Assembly (NCBI GenBank): GCA_963575745.1
Contig: CAUYUJ010000225.1
Coordinates: forward strand, 1,116,001 to 1,180,000
Source of the DNA: Prorocentrum cordatum
Taxonomy: Eukaryota
Reading direction: 5' to 3'
DNA length: 64,000 bases
The translations under genes and the position numbers were made by a program. Position 1 is the first letter of the stretch. Each line of letters starts with the position of its first letter. Below, one piece after another: positions 1 through 11,990 of the stretch. Under the pieces are notes generated by a model. That model saw only the letters and a program-made list of their open reading frames with translations, was not told where the DNA came from and made no database searches.

Positions 1-456
1 CGCGCAGGTCATGTGCTTTGCGGCGGTTTCATCAAGATCCTACCGGTACTGCGTGCACTCGGCGTCACAGCGCCTGCGCGATTACAGTCTAGGCTGGATT
101 GTTGTTTTAGCAGTGGGGGCTTCGCTTGAAAATGCCACTGGGCATTCGAGCGCAAGGACCGTGCAGGTCACGTGTTTTGCGGCAGTTTCCTCCAGATCCT
201 AACGGTACTGCATGCACTCGGCGTCCCAGCGCCTACGCGATTACAGTCTAGGCTGGATTGTCGTTTTAGCAGGGAGGGCTTCGCTCGAAAATGCCACTGG
301 GCATTCGAACGCAAGGACCGTGCAGGTCATGTGTTCTGCGGCGGTTTCATCAAGATCCTAACGGCGCCGCATGCACTCGGCGCCCCAGCGCCTGCGCGAT
401 TACAGTCTAGGCTGGATTGTTGTTTCACTAGGGGGGGCTTCGCTTGAAAAACCACT
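1..456. repeat. 159-bp tandem repeat, ~2.9 copies, runs off the left edge
   Basis: The unit start cg(c/t)gcaggtca recurs at 1, 160 and 319; the internal gattacagtctaggctggattg is shared by all copies. Confidence 0.92.
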
Positions 457-1929
457 GCGCCGATCCGAAAGTTTCCCCAATTTCGCCACCGTGCTCGCCG
501 CGGCCATCTGGGGCGGCGCGCGCAGGATTAGACTCGCGGGGCCCGAGGGCGGACGGGGGCGATGTCGCGAGGGCAGAGTCGGCGCGCCGACGGGCAGCCC
601 AGCACCCCGCTTGGCCGGAGGGGCCCACTACAATGCAAAGGCAGAGCCTAACCCCCGCCCAGGGTCGCGGGATCGGGTTCCCCTTCGCACTTAAATTTCA
701 AATCCCAAGCGGTGTGCTGACCCGAAAATGAACAAACGGCATCGGACTTCCTCGAAAAAAGCTGTCGGTCTCGGTCATGCGACGAACCGAAAAATTTACC
801 GGCCGACCTGAAAGTGGCCAAATCCCGCAGGACTTATGCAAATAAAGAATCGGGCCCGGCTCGAACGACCCGAAACTGTGCGAACCGCCTAGGGCCCCTT
901 GCGAAAAACATCGTTCTCGAGGTCTTCGGGTCCACTCCGAAGGAACCGAGCGTGGGCAAACCGCCTAGAACTTCCTGTCAAAAGCGGTTTCTCGGTGGTT
1001 CCGGGCCTCGTCCGAAGGAGCCGCCGATGGGCAGACCGCTCGGGATTTCCTGCGCATGAAACGGTTTCCCGGGTGAGCCTTTGTCAACGGGAACGCGCCC
1101 CGCGCGGGATCGGGGTTCGCACGGGGGCGCGGCTGCTCTCGCCTATCCAGGGGGCAGGCGTTGCCGCGCCCTTCCAGCATAGCGTTTGCGCTGCGTTCGC
1201 GCGGCGCCGCGCCTCTCGAATCGGAATGAACTTTCGGGGCGCCGATGTATTATGTACCAGTAGAGGTCATAACCACTGTATGTGTGATACGGTGGCACAT
1301 GTAATCACGAGCTCGGAGTTCAGCGCAGGCTGTCCGTGTGTCCTCAATGGCAAATGCACGAGAATGAGAATGACGTGATGAGCTTTTATTTACTGCAGCG
1401 GCCACACAGCCGGGCCCACTGCTGTCTTTGGCAGCCGCACAGCCGGGCTTGCCAGCGCCCCTGGCGCGCGCAGCTGGCGCCTGGGAAAAATATGCAGGTA
1501 TCCCCGCGCTAGACGACAGAACCTCAGCATTCGGCCTGTCGGAGCAAGCGCGAGTGGCCGTGGCGCGGGCCTGCCCCCGCCACTCATTCTCAAGCGATGG
1601 GGGCGTCCAAATGCCCGTGCCATGCTGCGCTGCTGAGCCGCTGCTCGAAGTGAAAATATCAAACTTCTCAGCGGCATCATCCCCTCCTGCAAGTGTCCCT
1701 GCCTTCACGTCGGGCGGCGTCCACTTGCTGCTCTCCTCGTAGATGGCCTGATAGACCGTCGCCTGCAAGTTCCGCAAGGCGAAGTCCTGGTCGGCCGGCG
1801 TGGGAACATTCCCGCAGGACGTATTCCTGCGATGCCAGATCTTCACGGTGTTATTCACCAAAGACTGGATCGTGAAAGCAAACGTCTCCTCGTTAATGGA
1901 GAAGCAGATGCCCTTGGGATCCTGAGACA

Positions 1930-2835
1930 TCATATATGCATGGGCCTCGTTAGTAGCGGGCGCCCCCGCGCTGTTCGAGGCAGGTTGCCCTGCGGTTGGC
2001 TCTGCGCCAGCTGCCTCCTTGACAAGCAACGGGGCATCTTCGCAGTGAGGGATTGGCCGTAATAGTAAACGCCATTGAGCCTTTTATCCTTTGTTGTAGC
2101 CCCGCACTCGTCGACCTCGGGCGCCAAGTGCCCAGAAGGCGTTTTCATCAAATCAAATGCCCCAGCGCCTTTCCCAAGGAGGGGCATGTGCATCTCAGAG
2201 CCGGGAATGATCATCTTCTCGTGCCCCTGCTCCAGGATCAGGATAGTCCTCATGTTGGACATGCCCCTAAGACCCAGGATAGCAGGGATATTTCCCCCTG
2301 AACCCTCAGTCACGTGAGCTGAGTATGTGTCCAGTCTCGGCGCAGCGGCCTTCCCCGCAGGACCTCCTTTCTCCTTGCACGCAATTTTGCTGTGCAAGGA
2401 TTTGTCGCAGACAGCGGCGCCATGTCCCACTCCCGACGCGCAAAGCCTCTTCGTCAAATTCAGCTTCTTGATGTCGCGTCCGCGAGAGCGGGACACGCGC
2501 TCGAATGTCTGCGCCGTTTTCAAACCGACGCTGTTGATGTCGCTGCCGATGTCCAAAAGGATCGTCAGCATTCCGTCCACTATGGTACCACTGTTCGCGG
2601 CCAGGGCCAATTCATGGCGTTCTCCGAATATACCTGGTCCTTCGGACAGCGTAGTTCCACACAGGCCCTTGCGACGCCTCTGCTCTAACACCCAATCGTC
2701 CCTCGTCAGGGGCGTGAAGACGCCAATGTATCCGCGGGCCTCCTCCTCGGTGATGGGGTTCCTCTCGAATATCCAGGCCGTCGAGTACTCGTCGTACATG
2801 TGAGGGTGTGGTGCAGATGAGAGCGGCAAGTTCAT
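1930..2835 (-). pseudogene. Retropepsin-like aspartic protease region
   Basis: ILLDIGSDINSVG (degenerate hh-D-[TS]-G), flap-like SGVGHGA and C-terminal IPAILGLRGM (ILG motif). Confidence 0.72.
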
Positions 2836-2844
2836 GAACGCATA

Positions 2845-4290
2845 CTAATCGGCGCGCGTGGCTACCTGTCCGTCTGCGTTCACCATCGACACAGTGCGTA
2901 GCATGTCACGCTCTGATATAGCACTGTTGCCGCTGCGTACGCTTACCGGGCTTTCCGTCCTGCGCTGGCTGCGCGGGCGGATGTCTCGCCCGTAGGGCAT
3001 GTACGTATGTGGAGCTAGGAGCCACTGCGCACTTCTCTCGGTGGCTCGCTCCAGAAGCCTCAGCCACATATCCTCGGCAGGCAACGCTGCTGGTGTCGTC
3101 GCAGCAGGTGCCCCTGCGTTGTTGGCTGATTCAGCTACCAATGGCATAGGCGTATCTGTAGCAGGCGCGGTAGCTGCTGTCGCCTGCACCGCATTAAATG
3201 ATGAAGCAGGTTGCCCCGCAGGTGTCGTTGTGACAACTGCCGCGTTGTTCGTCACCATCGCGGCGATGCGGTTGAGCTCTTCGCGAGGGTCCCTGAGCTC
3301 GTTAGCCCCGCGGAGTATCTCTTCATGGCGAGTTGCTGCATTTTGATCCCCGGCGAGGGCGCAATGGAACCCAGCTGCACTGAGACCAACGCCCTTGCAA
3401 ATAGCGCAGGGGGCCTCAGTGGCGGCACCTTCTAGCGCACCAGCCAACTGCCGATCAATATGTGCGTGAGCCACTCGGTCCCAGCACTGTGCATGAAATT
3501 TGTGGCCACACTGTAGCCTCCAGACCTTGTCGTGATTGATGAAGTTGTCCAGGCATATGGCACACTCGTTAAAGTCACCGTCGCTGATGACCGGCGGCGT
3601 TGCCGATGGCCTGCCACGCGTCTGGCGCTCCAGAGTGGATTCGCCAATTTCGTACTGGATCGGTGGAACCGACGGTGGGTGCATGGCTGCGAGCGCTGCC
3701 AGATTGAACGCAGGTGCCCCCGCAGAAATTGGAGTAGCAGGTCGCCCCGCACGACCCATCAGCCGGCGTGGCTGCCGTTCCTGGTTGCGGCTCTGGCGGG
3801 CCAACTGTATTGTGAGGTTGGCCTGCTGCGCCTCGTGGGTGGCTAGGACCTCCGGGTGCAATTCCCCCATGGATGATGGCGCTACCAGGCCGGGGGCCTG
3901 TTGCATCACATCAGGATCCATGGGGGTGGCAAGATAACCGCAATGAGGAATCTGGCCCAATACTCCAGACTCGTACCCAGAGCCGCGTGTCAGCTGAGAC
4001 TGATAGAAGTCGTCGGCTGTGGCCCGAACATACGGATTATCTGGCTGCGCTCCCACGCGAGGATTACCCGTCACCTGAGCATGATAGTCAAGAAACAACG
4101 GGGTGTCCATCGGTGGCGCTGTAGGTCGCTCGGCAGCTGTCGGATCGCATGTCGGGTGACTGAAAAACGCTGGGACATACCCGTACCTGTTGGGATTGTC
4201 CAGCGATGGATTTGGGTCTGGAACAAACTCCCAAGGTGGTGTCCAGCTGGCGTTCGGGAGGTCGATGCCGTCCCTACGCATACTCTCCAC
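2845..4290 (-). pseudogene. Polyprotein segment containing a RING-H2 (C3H2C3) finger at ~3397-3564
   Basis: CAICLDNFINHDKVWRLQCGHKFHAQCW...PCAIC; all eight Zn ligands are present. Confidence 0.85.
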
Positions 4291-4915
4291 GGCCTCGCAT
4301 CTGCGGGTACATCCACTGTTGCTGACCTACTAAACTTTCAGTCCTCTGGGCAGCGTCGTGGTCAGGGAAAGCAGGTTGCCCCGCAAGTGGGCGCGGCGAT
4401 GCGAACGGCGATGTCGCTTGTAAGGCCTGGTAGAGCTGTGGGTCCATCCGAATGCTCTGGAGCCTCGCCTGGAGGCTGTTGGTGCTCCCAGCACTCTGTG
4501 GAGTCCCAAATTGAATCGTAGCCCTGCTCATAAGCGCAAACGAAGCAGGTTGCCCTGAAGGTACTGGCAACTGCTGCGTCTGAGCACGCCACGGGTCGTT
4601 GGCGTACAACCCGTCGTTGGGCGTGATCCCATTAGACGTCATACCAGACACGTCCGCGCCCTGGCCCTGAATCCATGATCCGTCTGATCCCCCTGCAGGT
4701 GTCCCCGCTTGGTATCCCTCTTGCAGCAAATCTACCGCGGTGAACTCGACTTCCTGCATGGGCGTCGGTTCGGGACACTTCAAATTGTAGAAGGTCTTTG
4801 GAAAAAAGCCAATTCTTCAAGGATGGTGTATCATCTGGAAACGCACAAATATATATATATATATATACACATATATATATACACACATACATACATACAT
4901 ACATACATACATACA

Positions 4916-4945
<30 letters not shown>

Positions 4946-4946
<1 letters not shown>

Positions 4947-5010
4947 CTATACAATTATATACATATATACTAGAACCATCGCGCGCGCTTCGCGCGCGCT
5001 CAGGCTCTAG
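4946..5010 (+). mobile_element. Mini Helitron-like element or terminus
   Basis: A|TCTATAC...CGCGCGCG-CTT-CGCGCGCG hairpin, 8 nt, then CTAG|T; the same terminus occurs at 32117-32147. Confidence 0.55.
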
Positions 5011-5259
5011 TTGAGGTCGCCGCTCAGGTGCGATGCCCGCGACGATTCTTACCGCGAAAATGGCGGCGTGCACTGCGAGCCTACAAGGCTGCGCCGAAGA
5101 CGGCGACCACGACGGCTTCGACGACGACGGCGGCGACCATGCCGCTCACGTTCGCACGCCAATTCCCGGAGGAGCGTTCCCGGAGCATGGGGCGCCAGAG
5201 GCTCCCCCAGTCTTCCCCCCTCCCGGACTAACCTGCCGAGGAACTCTTGGGTTGCGCAG

Positions 5260-6240
5260 GGCCAGTCTTGCGGGCTCCCCGGGGCTCTCCGGGCCCGCTT
5301 AAGGCTGTTTGGGAGCGGACCTGGAAGCGCGCTGGGCCCTATTGGAGCGTCGGAAAACCGAAAAGACAAGAAGGCCCAAATCCTCTAATTCCTACGTGAA
5401 ATGAACGATTGTGGCCTGTTGGGACCCTTTTGGGGGTGCTCCTGGAAGCGTATTGAGCCATGTTTGAAGCCTCTTGGGAGCTACCTGGGGCCTCCTGGGG
5501 CTCTCTTGAGGCGGAAGCCCTGGGTTTTCCGGACGCGGTCCGTCTCTTGGACACCATTCGGGTCTGTTTTGGGGCACTCGTGGGCTGCCCTGTGCGCTTC
5601 TCGGGCCAGCCTTGGGCTCTCCGGGACCGCCTCGGGGCGGCCTCGGGCGTTTCTGGGGCTGTTTGGGGGCGGTCTCGGAGGCCTCCTGGGCCGCCTAGGA
5701 GCGTCGGATAGCCGCAAAGATCAGAAGGCCCAAACCCTTCCAAAACTATTGTAAAACCAGCATTTTTTGGCCTGCTGGGGCCCTCGTGGGAGTGCTCTTG
5801 GAAGCGTTTGGAGCCATGTTGGAGGACTCTTGGGGGTTGCCTGGGGCCTCCAGGGTCGCTGTTGAGGCGGGAGCCCTGGGTGTTCGGTGCGCGGTCCCTC
5901 TCTCGGGCCCTTCTTGGGCTTGTTTTGGAGCCTTCTTGGGCTGTCGTGGGTGCTTCTTGGGCCAGCCTTGGGCTCTCCGGGGCCGCCTTGGGCTTGTCTT
6001 GGGGGCCTCTGGGGCTGCTTGGGGGCGGACCTGGAGACCTCCTGGGCCGTCTTGGAGCGTCGTGCAACCGAGCAAAACCAGAAGGCCCAAATCCTTCCAA
6101 AACCTTTCGGGTAACCATGTTAGCCTCCCGGGGCTCTCTTGGGATTGCTCCTGGAAGCGTCTGGAGCCATGTTGGAGGCCCCCCGAAACCTCTACCGCGT
6201 GCTTCGGCGACATGGGTCGAAAATGGGAACCATTCCTAGT
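5260..6240 (-). repeat. Degenerate GGCCCCAAGA-type satellite (TCTTGG orientation)
   Basis: Recurrent tcttgg/gggcc motifs, same family as 12.1-13.3, 18.8-19.4, 23.4-24.0 kb and others. Confidence 0.8.
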
Positions 6241-6383
6241 GCTGAAACATCACCAGGGCCTGCCAGAGCCGCTCGGGAGACGCCCCGGAGCGGCTTTGGA
6301 GAGGCCCGGGGGGGGGGGGGCATGGCGAGTCGATGCAGCTGGCCAGAGGCCCCCGGCCTCGTACCCCGACGTGTGTGTATATA

Positions 6384-6424
<41 letters not shown>

Positions 6425-6468
6425 GTATATATACACATATATAAACGCATATAGAATTATACATACAC

Positions 6469-6502
<34 letters not shown>

Positions 6503-6605
6503 GTATATATGTATGTATGTGTATATATATATATATGTATGTATGTATATATATATATATATATCGTCTGGAAGGACAGCGTTTGCACGCAGATTTCTCC
6601 ACTCG

Positions 6606-7390
6606 TTATCCCATTTGCACAACGCAACTGATCCACACATGTCCCACCCGGTCGTATCTACACTGTTCCGTGTTCGGCAGGATGCCTATGAGCTGGACTA
6701 TGTGGATCGGCGGAATTCTGCCGCCCCGACCTGCCATCATAATAATATCATTTGCTGAGCGCCAAATTGCTATATTGTCGCGGAGTCGGTTTTTCAGACT
6801 TATCATGACCAATACTTCGGAATCGACGCGCAGGCCGGACTGAATCCTGTTATCTCCAAGTAGATACGGACATCCATGAACAAACTGTCTGCCCCTTTTA
6901 TTAGCAATGTCATCAACACGGCATGACAGTCCCGCATGCAGTCTGTTCGGGATATTAGCCCATTGGGCACCATGGACAAATAACTAGGTGCACCTGGTGC
7001 TGTCAAATCAGGTATCCTCATGTATAAGGACTCGGGGCACTTTATACCTGGAAAGTACGTCGGATGAGTCTCGCTCGCAAACTGACACTTCTTTACCTGG
7101 AGCCTGTTCTTCTGCATGCCGGCGTTGTCAAACATGCCGATCAAGTTCAGCACGGTCAATGCCTGATATGCCCAATGGCGTTTGCCGAGGCATCGCCGGA
7201 CAGTCTCCAGGTGGTGGCCGCGATAATAATCGCGGCCTTCGGGCGGCCAGTTGTCGAGCAACTCCGAGAGCTCCACCCATCCATCGATCTCGTCGAAAAA
7301 CGGCACTGCTGCCAAGAACCTATCAGAAATATGACCGTTATGAAACGGCTTGTGGCGAGTAGCTGTAGTGAGCCACTGTGAACAACTGCG
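6606..7390 (-). pseudogene. kptA: Tpt1/KptA-family NAD+-dependent RNA 2'-phosphotransferase-like domain, frameshifted, inside the retroelement polyprotein
   Basis: N-lobe: SQWLTTATRH...DGWVELSELL...QKNRLQV. After a frameshift near 6985, C-lobe: FVHGAQWANIP...AGLS...GRQFVH...[52 protein letters not shown]. These match the LRH, DGWV, KxRF, HGT, GL, RxxVH, SGxR, SxNxV and PP motifs. The IRAxQGHS motif was not found. Confidence 0.82.
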
Positions 7391-10068
7391 CTATTCCTCA
7401 GCGTTCAGTTTTGGTCCAACAAGTCTCAATATATCGAAGGTCTCTCTCAGGCATCCCTTCTCGGAGTGTTAGCTGAGAGCAGGCGCTTCACGGGGGGGCG
7501 CGCGCAACCTGGCGCGCGTGAGCTGCCTCATCAGCAATGACGGCAGTATCCTTGGTGTTGCACTGCGCCAATGTATCGATCAGACCCGTCGTCGATGTGA
7601 GGATGACGCGCTGGGTTGATCTTCATTCGGTTGGTGGCGCGTATATTTCCCCAATGCTGCCTACATTCCGCAGGCATTTCGAGAGCAAGAGCAGGTTGCC
7701 CCGCAGAGCCCGGATCTGGCTCATCAGACCTTCTTGCTGACTGGGCTGCTGCAGGTGATGCTGACGAGCTAGCGCTTGCAGATGATGAGCCATCGGCTGC
7801 AGATCCCCTGGGACTTCGAGAAGCACGAATGTCGAAATCCCAGCTTTTCTTTTCACCAACGTCGTAGAGCTCGAACTTATTGGCCTTGGGAGCTGCCCCT
7901 GATGCCTTCGACGCAGTTTCCAATACCTTCTGCTTGGCACCATACCTTGATGAAGAAGCGCCCCTCGATGATCCCATCCAGCGCTGGCGTCCAGCCTGTC
8001 CTGGGCGCCCGGCCAGGTGTGGGACCACGACGGGCCGCGGGCCCATTTGGAGTAGGCTTGCTGGCGCCCTGAAATACAGCTGCTGCGGCGCCACTGCTGG
8101 TCCTCTGGATCGATCGCAGATCGCTGATGCTTGCTGCTACCAGGATTGGGATCACCTGGGCCATTGTTCTTCTTCTGTTGGGGCGATGGCGCAAGTTGAT
8201 CAGGTCCGAACGACTTGGGCTGAGTCGAAGAATTCGAAGCTGGAGATAGATCAGTAGGTTGATCCGTCTTCGGCCTGGGAGGAGGTGTCTTTGGCAGTGC
8301 CCCAGCGGGTATGCATGGCCGATAACTTACAGGCTTTCTGACACTCCAGGCTTTCTGAGTGCCATGTTCTTGATATTGGCCTTGCCTCTGCAAGCCAAAT
8401 TATATCCACCAGCGCCAGCCCTTTGTTCAACAGAGGTTTTTAACCCACCTACAGTCCCAGCATGGCAGACTCTTCTGCCCGGGGGAAGATCCATGTCTTC
8501 CGTGACTATGTCAATAGGGTCGATGGTGGTGTCCGCAACGTGAGTGACGTCCGTGACAGAGGTGAGGGCCGTGTCGGAGTAGTCCGAGTCGTACCCTGGA
8601 GGAGCCCCTGCTGCGGGGTCAACTTTTTCGGCCAAGTCCTCAGCGCGATCTTCTGGCTGATCGTCATCTTCTTGCTTAGACGAAGCAGGTCCCCCTGCAT
8701 GCCACTCGCGATTGAATACCTCCAGGTAGTGAGTAGGAGAAAAGTTCTTCCATATCTCTGGTGCGAGCTTCTTCATGACCTTCAACTGCCTTGTGATCCG
8801 TTCTCGTCAATCGCTCTCTGCGTGGAACTTTGTTCGGATCTGCGACGCGACCCCGACCGTCACCGTGAAACCAGACCCATGGTGTCCTGTTGAAGTCGGG
8901 GCTCCTTGTTGGACGCCTCGCGGGGCAGCCGGGCCCGCGGTCGGCGCTGGCGAAGCAAGTGCAAACAATATTTCGGTAAAGCTGCCGCCCTTCGATGATG
9001 GCCCTCTCGCTGCCCCGCCCCCCCCAAGGGCATCTTGTGATTTGACGGCCCCTTTCCTGTTTGAGCAGGTGATCTTGCCTTCGTAATTTCGTTCAACGCT
9101 GCGAAGAGAATACCAGCGACGAATCTGGTGTTCGGACCAACCTTGGCCCAGGTAGCATCGCACTGTGCCAGGGGAGGGTCTATGTTGACGAGCTGATCCA
9201 GTAGTATCATAGCTGACAGGGCGCGGTACTTCTCCTTCTGGGCACTCTTCTGGAGGGTGCCCCCTCCGAGGCGGGCCCCCCCGCAGGCGCTCCTCTCTCG
9301 GCGGAGCATCAAGTCTGATATCCCTCGGTTGGCGGGGTCTCGGGGGCCCGCGCATCCGGAGGGCGAGGGCGCTGAAGGCCGCTAGAGCGAGCGCCGCTGG
9401 AGCGCGCGCGCGACTGTTCGCGTGAGTAGCTGCGGACAAGACCGCGACGTAGCATACGTTGGTCAACTTCCCACTCGTCGTCGTCGTCGTCCGAGCGGCC
9501 CGCGCGTCTCCAGACTTGACGGCTTGCTGGTCGCTCCTGGCGGCTCAGGGAATGCCGCGCGGTCACAATGTAAATTGACGTTATTTGTCGTGGCCGAGCT
9601 CGCGCTGGATGCGCTCTGGCAAGTCGCCGGCAGCTCGCGGGGTTCCCCGCAACGGATCATCGTCAAATGCTTCCATGTTTGTCGGGTTGTCAACTACCCG
9701 AGGATAAAGCATCCTTTGTATTTCCTCATCTGTCGCAGGAACTGCTGCTTCCGAATCCGCAGGTCCCCCCGCCATGTCTTGATCTACTTCGGCGGGCATA
9801 TATAAATTCTCGACACATTCCGCATGTGCGGCTTGGCCCGCGATGGGCATGCCCCATTGCGGCCAGCGAATATCTCCTCGAAGAGCTCGTCGGCGTACTT
9901 CTCGAGAGACATACTGGCACCCAAATATCTGGCATCCGTGAAGTTTACAACTGTAGCTGGGCCGTCGGCAGGGTCGGCCAACAGTTTTCCCCAATCAACA
10001 TGCTGCATGTCCGAATCAGTTTGAGCCACGTGCATCGGCGGACCTCTGCCTCTCCCATCGCCCCGAAG

Positions 10069-10145
10069 GCGTTCGCGGCGAGAATGTTGCGTGCCATGGC
10101 AGAATATCACGGCCCCGTGTTTTGCCGTTAGCATCTTTCGGGTTG
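10069..10145 (-). other. Degenerate Gag CCHC zinc knuckle
   Basis: NPKDANGKTRG[R]DI/C HGTQH[S]RRE[R]L across a frameshift, giving CX2CX4HX4C with two TGY->CGY changes; it follows a KGKGKG basic tract. Confidence 0.6.
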
Positions 10146-10697
10146 TCCCGACGTCCCTCGCCCTATCCTGAGTGCGCCCGCGGTTTCTGCCTGCGCCTAG
10201 GAATAGTTCTTCGCGCTGCGGACCAATAAGGTATGCCAAGAAAGACGCTGTCGCCGTCGTTTGCCCTCACCCGTGCCTCGACCCTTACCTTTTCCCTTAA
10301 GTGCCCGTCGGATAGTACGTCGTACCTTGCGAAATGGTTTCTTCATACATCGTCTCCACTTGCGCTTAAGTTTTGACATCCTAGGAATAGCCATTGAGCC
10401 TGTTGTTCTTCCGTAAGATACGTGGGCATGTCGGAGCAATCTAGGGCATTCGCCTCGTCGTCTGATGACGTCTCGGCGTCGGTTCCAGAGTCGAAGTCGG
10501 GCTCGGCGGGCTGCCCCGTTGAGCCTGCAAGGACAGTGGCTCGCGTAGGAGCCGCCGTTGCCAGCGGTCCGTGATACCTGGCCCAGGAGTCGTGCGACCC
10601 CGCGGCCGAACCACCATTCTGAGTTAATAGCGTGGTGGCTTCCGTTGGTTGCGGATCGTCGTTCCGGACGTTCGTTGCAGGCTGCCCTGCGTTAGCT

Positions 10698-11909
10698 TCA
10701 GCATGACAGGTCTCGGCGCGATGACCGTGGCTGAAGATAACACCAATGTTTTCCAAGTGTTCGCTCAGCGATGTGAGCGTATGATCTCATGCGTCGAAGC
10801 AGAGAGTCAAGTTGCTGCTGGCCCCTCGGCATGCGGTGGTTAAGTGGTTGTAGAAGTTGTCGCGCACGCAACGTCCCCACTCCTAAGGCTCTGAATAGGA
10901 TAACAGTTAGAATTTGGAAATTGGGGATGTTAAAGCCTGCCGTTTCAACCTCATGGCGGGTAATCTTGACACGTGCGAATGTCTGGTCGATCCGCTCTCC
11001 CGCATGGACTCGGAAGTCAATGAAACCTGTACCCGAGTTGAATTGGCGTTCCTCTGCTAGGTTCTCGAACTTCGTGCTCAGGAGGAACATAATAATGTAG
11101 GTGACACCGTCAGTATGGCGGCCACCTATGTTGACGCCAAACTTGATAACTTCTGGGGGAACTCTCATGGCCATGGTCCGTGCGAGGCCTCCCAGTCCAG
11201 GCTGCAGCGCTGCAGCTTGTTGGGAGGGCGTCATAGTGCCTGTGGCCACGTTGATCCAGGCATGCACCTCGCGAGCGAATTCGCGGAAAGGTACTTGACC
11301 AGCCGGGCCCCAGTGGGGACCGGTCGTTCTTGCGTCGTCTCCGCCGCGCATGTGTCCCACAGCGCGCCCGATAGCAACCCATATGAGACCAAAGGTAGTA
11401 ACGCCAATCTCATGGCCCCGTAGGTCGTGGTCGGATGTGGTTGGCTGAGGTTTGCGGTGTTTTGTCGTAAGCCTGCGCGGGGGTGGAGGCGGCGCTATAT
11501 CGTATCGCATGTTTCCATGCATGGCATCTTCAAAGAAGCTTCCAAGTGGAGTAGGTGGGTGGACTTCAGGAGTGTAGTAGCGCAGGGGTGTAGGACTCGA
11601 GTAAGAGGCCTCTGCGAGGGCAGAGGTAGCACTACAAGTGTCCTTGCGGTTGTGCATAGTTATGTACATTCCTCCGACCAGACCCACTGCACCCTGATGC
11701 TCCACCATGTCAGTAGTCCACCAGATAGTGCCGTGGATGGTGAGGAGTAGAGCAAGAGCTGACCACCATAGGCCAGCTCCACTATCAAGTTTGAAGGGGG
11801 CCAGTAGGCCCGACCAAAAGCTACGCCTCAGGCGAAGCACAGCTCCAGCTCTGTTGTATCGTAGTAGCGATAGTCCCAGTAGTAGGTCGTCGCGGGAGCG
11901 GCGGGCCAT
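10698..11909 (-). pseudogene. Gag-like protein with a long hydrophobic leader
   Basis: GPHWGPAGQVPFREFAREVHAWINV...QQAAAL...LGGLAR...FIDFRVHAGERIDQTFAR resembles LTR-retrotransposon capsid motifs (FRxxxGExI). Confidence 0.65.
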
Positions 11910-11990
11910 CTCAAGCGAAGGATGTTTTCGGTCTTGACAGCGAATCGTACACCTCGTCCTGAGGTATAGTCAGATATCAGCGGCCGGCCG

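Larger units (their letters stand above)
4841..6561. mobile_element. Composite non-coding insertion with (TA)n/(TACA)n ends and a 12-bp target-site duplication
   Basis: Flanked by tatcatctggaa (4829-4840) and tatcgtctggaa (6562-6573). Removal rejoins ...[18 protein letters not shown]... in one frame. Confidence 0.85.

Noticed and set aside
457..1247. TIR element bounded by ccgaaagtt/aactttcgg
   Set aside because: Only ~9 bp of inverted match and no TSD; unsupported.
4841..6561. Spliceosomal intron in a host KptA-RING gene
   Set aside because: No GT/GC/GA-AG pair gives precise removal within the duplication, and the flanking frames carry many stops and frameshifts plus gag/protease motifs.
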